A stretch of DNA of 32,000 bases from Schaalia meyeri (GTDB lineage Bacteria > Actinomycetota > Actinomycetes > Actinomycetales > Actinomycetaceae), in NCBI RefSeq assembly GCF_900105015.1, contig NZ_FNLK01000014.1, positions 30,001 through 62,000 of the forward strand, read 5' to 3'. This document shows positions 8,724 to 17,225 of this stretch, in pieces. The position numbers and the translations under genes were made by a program. The notes under the pieces were generated by a model. It searched no databases, had not been told where the DNA came from, and saw nothing but the letters and a program-made list of their open reading frames with translations. Numbering within the stretch: the stretch's first letter is position 1; every line of letters begins with the position of its first letter.

Positions 8724-8835
8724 CGGGAAGGGGAATCCGGCAGGCTGCGAGGTGGCGTACCGAGCATCCTGAGGGGGCCGCGTTGTGCGCGGTTTGCGCA
8801 GGTCGCAGGGCGTGATACACGTCCCGCAGTTCCGC

Positions 8836-8866
8836 TTGACTTCAAGGGCTTGAGGTCTTTTAGGGT
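8836..8866 (+). promoter_or_regulatory. MerR-type promoter: -35 TTGACT, 19-bp spacer containing a dyad operator, -10 TAGGGT
   Basis: TTGACT (8836-8841), a 19-nt spacer (8842-8860), then TAGGGT (8861-8866). The dyad GACTTCAAG-GG-CTTGAGGTC (8838-8857) has 9-bp arms with one mismatch. The ATG lies 6 nt after the -10, which suggests a leaderless transcript. Confidence 0.6.
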
Positions 8867-8872
8867 GAAGCC

Positions 8873-9334
8873 ATGGCAGGAACAGGCTCCGGGCGCACGT
8901 ACTCCATCAAGGAGGTGTCGGCGCTCGTCGGCTTGCCCGCATCCACGTTGCGTTACTACGAGGACGTGAGTGTCATTCCTGCCATCGCGCGCGACCCCTC
9001 CAGCGGTCACCGCATCTACATGGAAGAAGACCTCGAACTGCTGACGTGGGTCGCCTGCCTGTCCGCCTCGGGCATGTCCATCGCCGACATGCGCGAATAC
9101 GTGCGGTCGGGATTGGGCGGAGAACGCGACATTTCCGAGTTCGTCGCCCTGCTGGAGCATCAGGATGAGCGATTGCGGGAAGAAGCGCAGATCATCGAGC
9201 TGCGCCGCGAGTTTTTGCGCACGAAGGTCGCCTACTGGCGCGCGGTCAAGCGTGAGGACACGCCGGAAGCCGCGCGTTTGGACGCCGCTGCACGCGCGCT
9301 TGCGGAGCGGTTGAAGGCGTGGTCGTTGCGCTAG
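8873..9334 (+). CDS. MerR-family transcriptional regulator (short, NmlR/AdhR-like, no ligand domain)
   Basis: N-terminal HTH YSIKEVSALVGLPASTLRYYEDVSVIP...GHRIY, followed only by a coiled-coil dimerisation helix. A single Cys sits in WVACLSASGMSIADMREY, at the position of the conserved Cys of NmlR/AdhR-type regulators. Confidence 0.88.
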   Translation: MAGTGSGRTYSIKEVSALVGLPASTLRYYEDVSVIPAIARDPSSGHRIYMEEDLELLTWVACLSASGMSIADMREYVRSGLGGERDISEFVALLEHQDERLREEAQIIELRREFLRTKVAYWRAVKREDTPEAARLDAAARALAERLKAWSLR

Positions 9335-9340
9335 TTAAAG

Positions 9341-9387
9341 CCTAGTGGGGCGGGTTTCAAGCCTGCTCCGAACCTCGCCCCGCTAGG
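9341..9387. terminator. Long imperfect GC-rich stem-loop downstream of merR
   Basis: CCTAGTGGGGCG (9341-9352) pairs with CGCCCCGCTAGG (9376-9387), with one G-U pair. The stem can extend via GGTT/AACC inside the loop. Confidence 0.4.
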
Positions 9388-9394
9388 GGGCACG

Positions 9395-9425
9395 GGGCCG
9401 CGCACCTGGCTCGGGTGCGCGGCCC
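9395..9425. terminator. Perfect 12-bp GC-rich hairpin (candidate bidirectional terminator)
   Basis: GGGCCGCGCACC (9395-9406) pairs with GGTGCGCGGCCC (9414-9425) around a 7-nt loop, followed by TCATTT. It lies between convergent reading frames ending at 9334 (+) and 9430 (-). Confidence 0.6.
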
Positions 9426-9429
9426 TCAT

Positions 9430-9792
9430 TTACGCGCGCTGGGGGAAGGAGGGAAACACGCGCCCCAGGTAAGCCGTGTCGCGTTCGATGAGGGCGGACA
9501 GATGTTCCCAGGCAAGCCCCTCATCCTCGTGCCAGGAGATTTCTGCGACAACGAGGAGGCGGGGAAACAGGTCGCACGCACGGTGCAAGGCCGCTTCAAC
9601 GAAGTTCAGAGAGGAGGCGAGCGGCCAGAGGGGCGTGTTAGCGGCACAAACGTCGCCGTGGGTGACCAGGCGTGGGTTTCCCATGTGCGGGTACGAACGG
9701 ATGGATGCGCCGGCGTGGGAGGGGACGGAGATCTCCGGGACGATGGCGAAAAACGTTGCGCTGGCGCGTGATGCGAGAGCTTTTGTTCGGTG
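9430..9792 (-). pseudogene. C-terminal relic of an APH/choline-kinase-fold phosphotransferase
   Basis: The frame is open only from 9792 (stop at 9793-9795). It contains the catalytic-loop pattern LVTHGDVCAAN (HGDxxxxN). The following metal-binding segment reads NFVEAA where D-W/F-E is expected. There is no room for an N-lobe, because the next gene starts at 9846. The only ATG gives 84 aa. Confidence 0.35.
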
Positions 9793-9817
9793 TCAAAGTG
9801 TGTCACAATCGTGTGAA
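9791..9817 (+). promoter_or_regulatory. Three phased direct repeats TGTCAA / TGTCAC / TGTGAA upstream of the GS-family gene (candidate response-regulator box)
   Basis: The repeats start at 9791, 9801 and 9812, a spacing of 10 and 11 bp. GTCAC-n6-GTGAA loosely resembles the actinobacterial GlnR a-site/b-site layout (gTnAc-n6-GaAAc). They lie 29-55 nt upstream of ATG 9846. Confidence 0.25.
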
Positions 9818-9845
9818 CCTAATCATGCTCAATGAGGAGTGATCT

Positions 9846-11339
9846 ATGCTGTCGACCGACACTATTTCCCTCAGTCCCAACCCCCTCGTCCAGGCGCTCG
9901 GAAAGCCTGCGAAGGAGTTTACGAAGTCCGACATCATCGGCTATATCGAGGACAACAACATCCCGATGCTGAACCTGCGCTACGTCGGAGGCGACGGGCG
10001 TCTCAAGACACTTAACTTTGCGGTCCAATCCAAGGCGCACTTGGACCGCGTCCTCACGCTCGGCGAGCGCGTCGACGGGTCTTCGCTCTTTACTTTTGTC
10101 GATGCGACCTCCTCGGACCTGTACGTCGTGCCGCGCTTGTCGACGGCCTTTCTGAACCCATTCACGCCGATCAAGGCGCTCGATATCCTGTGCGGTTTCT
10201 ATGACGTGGACGGAGTACCCTTGGCCTCGGCGCCCCAGGAGATCTTGCGCAAGGCACAAAACGCCCTGAGGCAGGAAACCGGCTGCGAGCTTCAGGCGCT
10301 GGGAGAATTGGAATACTACCTGTTCTCCGACCGGGAGGAGCTCTTCCCCGTCGAACCCCAGCGGGGCTACCACGAGTCCGGCCCCTTCTCGAAGTGGGAG
10401 AACGTGCGCACGCAGACCCTGCTTCACCTGGTCACAATGGGATGTGCGGTGAAGTACGCGCATTCGGAGGTGGGCAACTTCGTGGCGGACGGGCGCCAAA
10501 TGATCCAGCAGGAAATCGAGTTCCTCCCCGTCGATGTGGTTGATGCTGCCGACCAGATGGTGCTGGCCAAGTGGGTGCTGCGCGAGGTTGCGCACGCCCA
10601 TGGCATTGAGGTGTCATTCGCGCCGAAGATCGCGGTCGGGCAAGCCGGATCCGGCATGCACTTCCACACCCGTCTGGTGAAGGACGGCGTTAACCGGTTC
10701 TCGACAGGATCGGGCCTGACCAAGGACGCGCTCAAGGTCATCGGCGGGTATCTTTCGCATGCCGCGTCGCTCACCGCTTTCGGCAATACCGCGCCCACAT
10801 CCTTCCTGCGCCTGGTTCCCCACCAGGAGGCGCCAACAGCGATCTGTTGGGGCGATCGCAACCGTTCCGTTCTGGTGCGCGTTCCGCTGGGATGGCAAAA
10901 CATCGATGATTCGATGTTCCGCGACGCAAACCCCGCCGAAACGCAGCTGATCGACCTGCCCAACGATTCCCAGACGATCGAGCTGCGCAGCCCCGACGGA
11001 TCCGCGGACATCCACCTGCTGCTGGCGGGCATCACGGTCGCCGCGCGCCTTGGGCTGACGGAGCCGGGCATGGCTAAATACGCGCGCCAGCGCAAAGTCG
11101 ATGGCGATGCCTCGCAGACGCCCGGCCTCGAGCAGCTGCCCGCCTCGTGCTTCGAGGCCGCCGGTCGACTCCTTGCTCAGCGAAAGGACTACGAGGCGCG
11201 CGGCGTATTCCCCTGCGGCCTCATAGATTCGTGGGTGTCGCACCTGGTCGACCTGGGCGACGAGCACCTACGGGACGACCTGGCAGAATCCAGGGTCTCA
11301 GTCGAGGAACTCGTCACACGCTACTTTCATGTCGGCTGA
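9846..11339 (+). CDS. Glutamine synthetase family protein (GSI-like catalytic motifs, atypical subtype)
   Basis: GAGGAG lies 6 nt upstream of the ATG. GS motifs present: ELEYYLF, HSEVG...QQEIEF, GSGMHFH, TSFLRLVPHQEAP, RNRSVLVRVP, IELRSPD. Confidence 0.88.
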   Translation: MLSTDTISLSPNPLVQALGKPAKEFTKSDIIGYIEDNNIPMLNLRYVGGDGRLKTLNFAVQSKAHLDRVLTLGERVDGSSLFTFVDATSSDLYVVPRLSTAFLNPFTPIKALDILCGFYDVDGVPLASAPQEILRKAQNALRQETGCELQALGELEYYLFSDREELFPVEPQRGYHESGPFSKWENVRTQTLLHLVTMGCAVKYAHSEVGNFVADGRQMIQQEIEFLPVDVVDAADQMVLAKWVLREVAHAHGIEVSFAPKIAVGQAGSGMHFHTRLVKDGVNRFSTGSGLTKDALKVIGGYLSHAASLTAFGNTAPTSFLRLVPHQEAPTAICWGDRNRSVLVRVPLGWQNIDDSMFRDANPAETQLIDLPNDSQTIELRSPDGSADIHLLLAGITVAARLGLTEPGMAKYARQRKVDGDASQTPGLEQLPASCFEAAGRLLAQRKDYEARGVFPCGLIDSWVSHLVDLGDEHLRDDLAESRVSVEELVTRYFHVG

Positions 11340-11397
11340 CGAAAAAGCGGTCCCAACCGGCGTGAATGGGCAGCGGTGCGGTTTTCCGCGCGGCGGG

Positions 11398-12309
11398 CTA
11401 CGGACGCCCCGGAGGGGAGAATCGATCGGAATCCTGGACGTCCGCTCCGCCTTGGTCAGGCGCTGGCGTCTCGGGGGTACGTGCGGAGCGGCTGAGTCCC
11501 CGAGGCGTCGCAGCGTCGCCCGCGAAGGCGCGCCGCTGCGCGGCGCGCTCCGACGCGTCGCGGTCGAATCGCGCGTCGGCGGCCCTGCGGCGCGCCCCCG
11601 TCACGAAGCGTACGGCCGCGCCGGCGATGGCGAGCCCGAGCACGGCGGCAGTGAGGCCGATGATCGGGGCCAGCAGGCGCCACGAGGATTCGTGTTCTCC
11701 TCTGTTAGTAGTCGCGGACGCGGCCAAGGAGGGCGAAGGCGTCGCGGATGGAGTGCTGGTGCCGGTTGCATCAACCGTGCCCGCCGCGCTCACATCCTCG
11801 GTGACGTTCTCCCACGTGACGGTGCTGGCGTCCGTCTTCGTGGACCCCGCGTGCGAGGACACGGACCCGCCGGCGGAGGCCTCCTCAACTTGGGAAGCGT
11901 GAGCGACCAGGGTGACGCGCGCGATCGTGGCTGTTGCCTCGGGTGAGGAGTAGCCCTCGAGAAGCCTCGCGGACACCGAGTGGAAGCGGAAGATCCCACC
12001 GTCTTCGATCGAAACGACCTCGGCACCGGCGTCCTCGAGCACCCACGTGAAGCGGCAGCCCGCGACCCCGTCGACATCCACCAGCACCGACGACGTCGCC
12101 TTGGCTGCGGTCCCCATCGACTGGCACTGCTCGCCAATCAACGGGTGGTCCGTGGACAGGGTCACCTCGTGGGTCGCGTTCACCCCCGGCGTGATCTCAT
12201 AGACCTCAATGAGACGGATCGGGGTTGGCTCATCCGCCAACGCAACCCCACCGAACGCCGTCAGAGCCAGAGTGGCTGCGGCGCTGCACAATACCCGCGC
12301 GAGCCTCAT
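11398..12309 (-). CDS. Type-I membrane protein, short paralogue of the 922-aa protein (signal peptide, ectodomain, Ser/Thr linker, TM, 70-aa tail)
   Basis: 303-aa ORF. Signal peptide MRLARVLCSAAATLALTAFGGVALA. TM at LLAPIIGLTAAVLGLAIAGAAV followed by RFVTGARRR. The ATG overlaps the stop of the upstream acyltransferase gene (ATGA). It is collinear with the 5086-7854 product (Cys62, Cys85 and Trp166 at identical residue numbers). Confidence 0.78.
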   Translation of the reverse strand: MRLARVLCSAAATLALTAFGGVALADEPTPIRLIEVYEITPGVNATHEVTLSTDHPLIGEQCQSMGTAAKATSSVLVDVDGVAGCRFTWVLEDAGAEVVSIEDGGIFRFHSVSARLLEGYSSPEATATIARVTLVAHASQVEEASAGGSVSSHAGSTKTDASTVTWENVTEDVSAAGTVDATGTSTPSATPSPSLAASATTNRGEHESSWRLLAPIIGLTAAVLGLAIAGAAVRFVTGARRRAADARFDRDASERAAQRRAFAGDAATPRGLSRSARTPETPAPDQGGADVQDSDRFSPPGRP

Positions 12310-12884
12310 GCGTCCTCATCCTCGGTGCGCAGGCGAGGAACCGACGTGTATTCCGGGCGCGCGCCGACCTTATCCGCGTAAAACGCGCGGATCACGTCCA
12401 TGTCGGCCCGCACGTCGCCCGTCAGACGGTAAGACGGCCCCCACCCGAAGGTGTGAGTGGCGCTGTCCACGAACCCCAGCTGAATCGGCACATCCGCCTG
12501 CATCGCGATGCGGTAGAAACCGGACTTCCAAAAGTCGCGCGGTGACCGAGTGCCCTTCGGGGTGAGGCACAGCGTGAAACTCTGTGACTCCCTGATCCGG
12601 GTGGCCACCTGCTCCACGAGCCCGTGCGCGGCGCCGCGCTTCACCGGGATCCCGCCAATCTTTTTGACGAACCACCCCAGGAGCGGGGCCTTCACCACGG
12701 AGTCCTTGACCAGGAAGGAGAAGCTACGGCCCTGCTTCCACATGGCGACCGTCATGAACACTCCGTCCCAATTCGACGTGTGCGGGGCGCCGATCACGAT
12801 GACCTTGTCCGGCAGGGGCTGCGTCGACAACTTCCAGCGGGAGACGCCAAGGTAGGCGGACGCGAGTGCGCGAGTGAGAGCCAT
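12306..12884 (-). CDS. PlsC-type lysophospholipid/glycerolipid acyltransferase
   Basis: H(X)4D catalytic motif HTSNWD and the second block LTPKGTRS. ATG 12884 is preceded by GAAAGG with a 5-nt spacer. The track start at 12914 is a TTG 10 codons upstream. Confidence 0.85.
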   Translation of the reverse strand: MALTRALASAYLGVSRWKLSTQPLPDKVIVIGAPHTSNWDGVFMTVAMWKQGRSFSFLVKDSVVKAPLLGWFVKKIGGIPVKRGAAHGLVEQVATRIRESQSFTLCLTPKGTRSPRDFWKSGFYRIAMQADVPIQLGFVDSATHTFGWGPSYRLTGDVRADMDVIRAFYADKVGARPEYTSVPRLRTEDEDA

Positions 12885-13342
12885 GGTGGCCTTTCTGTTC
12901 GTAGCTGGAGCCAATCCTACTCGGGTCTCGCTCGCTCAAGCGTTTCCGTCGCTGGGGTCTGTGTCATGCGCGTGCGCGCTATCCGAGATGGTGCGGGAGG
13001 AGAGCCTATGAACCTTGGAAGGCTTCGCCCGGCGGGGGCGGCAGGGATGCGCGCCGAGAGGGGGCGTGACTCGACCCTCGGGGATGTCGGCGCCGAGCGC
13101 GGCGATGTTTGTCATAGTCCTCAGTTAACGGCATGTGAGGTTGTCCGGCAAATAGACCGGTTGGTTTGATCCATTGTTGTCGTGACGTGGTGGAAGTCGC
13201 AGGGTGGGGTCCGCATCGGCCATCCGTAAGCCGATATTCTTGGGAAGCGTGTGTCTGGAATCGGTCAGGTGGCCGAACAACATCGGGCCGTTTGTGCCCC
13301 ATCACACGCGGTAACAGGTATCCATATTCGAGGAGTCCACAT

Positions 13343-15262
<1,920 letters not shown>

Positions 15263-15280
15263 CGGTCTGGTCGTTCCCCG

Positions 15281-15607
15281 CTACAGCGTCGGCGGGGGAG
15301 GGACGCGCTTGCCCGTCACCATCGTTCGCGCGTCGACACGGACCACGCCGCGCCTGGTCGCAACGCTCACGTGGGTGGGGGCAACCTCAACGGCCTCACC
15401 CAGTGCGTCGTGCAGACCGTCGGCCAGGCGATAGCGGATCACGATCCGCTCACCAACCTCGAACTGCATCCACGGCAACACGGGAATTGCGCCAGGGGTA
15501 CGTGCAGAAATTTCCTCACGCGCCCCCAATGGCTTCTTCGCGTGATTTGGCGGAATAGTGCCGCTGGGAACGTCGTCGTGGATGCCGGGTGACTCGGGAC
15601 TGCTCAT
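15281..15607 (-). CDS. Hypothetical small protein (possible SH3-like beta-barrel; function unknown)
   Basis: 108-aa ORF divergent from fdxA, with a beta-rich core EVGERIVIRYRLADGLHDALGEAVEV...RRGVVRVDARTMVTGKRV. No SD. TATTAT lies 6 nt upstream of the ATG. Confidence 0.65.
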   Translation of the reverse strand: MSSPESPGIHDDVPSGTIPPNHAKKPLGAREEISARTPGAIPVLPWMQFEVGERIVIRYRLADGLHDALGEAVEVAPTHVSVATRRGVVRVDARTMVTGKRVPPPPTL

Positions 15608-15613
15608 ACGTGA

Positions 15614-15619
15614 ATAATA
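15614..15619 (-). promoter_or_regulatory. -10 hexamer TATTAT, 6 nt upstream of ATG 15607 (leaderless-type promoter)
   Basis: The minus strand reads TATTAT-tcacgt-ATG. There is no Shine-Dalgarno sequence. Confidence 0.35.
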
Positions 15620-15623
15620 GAAT
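15618..15623 (+). promoter_or_regulatory. Candidate -10 TAGAAT for fdxA
   Basis: TAGAAT lies 37 nt upstream of ATG 15660, which itself has AGGAGG. It overlaps the divergent -10 on the other strand. Confidence 0.3.
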
Positions 15624-15659
15624 CAACGAGCCTATGGAACTGACTAGGAGGAACGTCTC

Positions 15660-16001
15660 ATGACCTACGTCATCGCGCAGCCGTGCGTGGACGTTAAGGA
15701 TCGCGCGTGCGTGGACGAGTGCCCCGTCGATTGCATCTACGAGGGCGAGCGCACGCTCTACATCCACCCGGAGGAGTGCGTCGACTGCGGGGCGTGCGAA
15801 CCCGTCTGCCCCACCGAGGCCATCTTCTACGAGGACGACCTGCCCGATGAATGGTCCGACTACCTGCGCGCGAACGCCGACTTCTTCAACCAGCTGGGCA
15901 GCCCGGGCGGCGCCCAGAAGACCGGCGCCCAGGATTATGACGATCCGATGATTACCGCGCTGCCGCCCCAGAATGAGGACTGGAAAGCCGAGAACATGTA
16001 A
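15660..16001 (+). CDS. fdxA: 7Fe ferredoxin ([3Fe-4S][4Fe-4S])
   Basis: Cys pattern [17 protein letters not shown] followed by [18 protein letters not shown] upstream of the ATG. Confidence 0.95.
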   Translation: MTYVIAQPCVDVKDRACVDECPVDCIYEGERTLYIHPEECVDCGACEPVCPTEAIFYEDDLPDEWSDYLRANADFFNQLGSPGGAQKTGAQDYDDPMITALPPQNEDWKAENM

Positions 16002-16021
16002 AGGTCAGATAGGGTGGGGGG

Positions 16022-17161
16022 ATGACGTTTCCCCTTCCCCGCGCCCTCGACCTGCCCGAGTTCCCCTGGGATCAGCTGGCCCCCGCCAAAACGCGGGCAG
16101 CCGACTACCCCGGGGGGCTCTGTGATTTAAGCGTCGGAACGCCCGTTGACGACACCCCGGCGTTCATCCGCGCCGCCCTCGCCGACGCCGCGAACGCGCA
16201 CGGCTATCCCACGGTCGCGGGGACCCGGGAGGTGCGCGATGCGATCCTGGCGTGGGGCGCTCGCCGAGGCATGGTCGACGTGGGCCGCTCCGGCGTGACT
16301 CCCACGATCGGATCCAAGGAAGCCGTCGCCTGGATCCCCGCGCTGCTCGGTGTGCGGGCGGGGGACGCCGTTTTGGTTCCCGAGGTCGCTTACCCCACCT
16401 ACGACGTGGGAGCCCGACTGGCGGGCGCCACCCCCATCCCCGTTGACCCGACTCGCCCCGGCTCCTGGCCCGACGCGCCCCTGGTTTACCTGAATTCGCC
16501 CGGAAACCCCGACGGTCACGTGATGAACAAGGAACAGCTGCGCGGTGCCGTCGCCTGGGCACGCGCTCGCGGGGCTGTGATCGTCTCGGACGAATGCTAC
16601 GCGGCCCTGCCGTGGTCCGAGCCGTACGTGAGCGAGGGGGTTCCGTCGCTGCTCGACGCGCACGTCTGTGGTGGGGATCCTTCCGGCCTGCTAGTCCTGT
16701 ATTCGCTGTCCAAGCAGTCGAATCTCGCCGGCTACCGCGCGGCCCTCATGTACGGCGATCCCGCGCTGGTTCAGGCAATCGTGACGGTGCGCAGGCACTC
16801 CGGCCTGATGGTTCCTTCCCCCGTGCAGCACGCCATGGCCCTGACCCTGGCCGACACGGAGCACGTCGCTGCCCAGAGGAGCGTGTACGAGGCTCGGCGT
16901 GCCCTGCTGCTGCACGCCCTCGCCTGTGCCGGACTCGAGGTTGACCCGGCCAGCGCGGCGGGCCTGTACCTGTGGGTCGCAGACCCGACGGCAGGGGCAG
17001 ATTCGTGGGCGCTCGTCAACCGCTTTGCGGAGCTGGGCATTCTCGTCGCTCCCGGCGACTTCTACGGCACCGCCGCCCGCGGCCGTGTTCGCGTGGCGCT
17101 CACGGCCACGGACGAGCGCATGAAGGCCGCTGCAAGCCGCATCGCTTCGCGGTGGCGATAG
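16022..17161 (+). CDS. dapC: Succinyldiaminopimelate aminotransferase (actinobacterial DapC type), class I PLP aminotransferase
   Basis: PLP-lysine block YSLSKQSNLAGYR. It sits immediately after fdxA, the conserved actinobacterial arrangement. Confidence 0.8.
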   Translation: MTFPLPRALDLPEFPWDQLAPAKTRAADYPGGLCDLSVGTPVDDTPAFIRAALADAANAHGYPTVAGTREVRDAILAWGARRGMVDVGRSGVTPTIGSKEAVAWIPALLGVRAGDAVLVPEVAYPTYDVGARLAGATPIPVDPTRPGSWPDAPLVYLNSPGNPDGHVMNKEQLRGAVAWARARGAVIVSDECYAALPWSEPYVSEGVPSLLDAHVCGGDPSGLLVLYSLSKQSNLAGYRAALMYGDPALVQAIVTVRRHSGLMVPSPVQHAMALTLADTEHVAAQRSVYEARRALLLHALACAGLEVDPASAAGLYLWVADPTAGADSWALVNRFAELGILVAPGDFYGTAARGRVRVALTATDERMKAAASRIASRWR

Positions 17162-17171
17162 CCAATGTCTT

Positions 17172-17190
17172 CACCGGCAAACGCCGGGTG
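17172..17190. terminator. Weak hairpin after dapC
   Basis: CACCGGC-aaac-GCCGGGTG forms 7 bp with one bulge. It lies in the 64-bp gap between convergent dapC and dapD. Confidence 0.3.
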
Positions 17191-17225
17191 CAGCGTGAGG
17201 GAGCCCGGCCTCGTCGCGGAGGCGG

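Noticed and set aside
8097-9334. GNAT plus HTH gene pair as a GNAT/RHH-type toxin-antitoxin module
   Set aside because: The genes are 149 bp apart and merR has its own promoter. The order is toxin-first, the HTH protein is a full MerR with a dimerisation coiled coil, and the GNAT is larger than TacT/AtaT-type toxins.
13166-13342. N-terminal extension giving a 698-aa TypA
   Set aside because: The TypA/BipA G-domain begins a few residues after ATG 13343, which has a GAGGAG RBS. The upstream in-frame part has no homology-like features.
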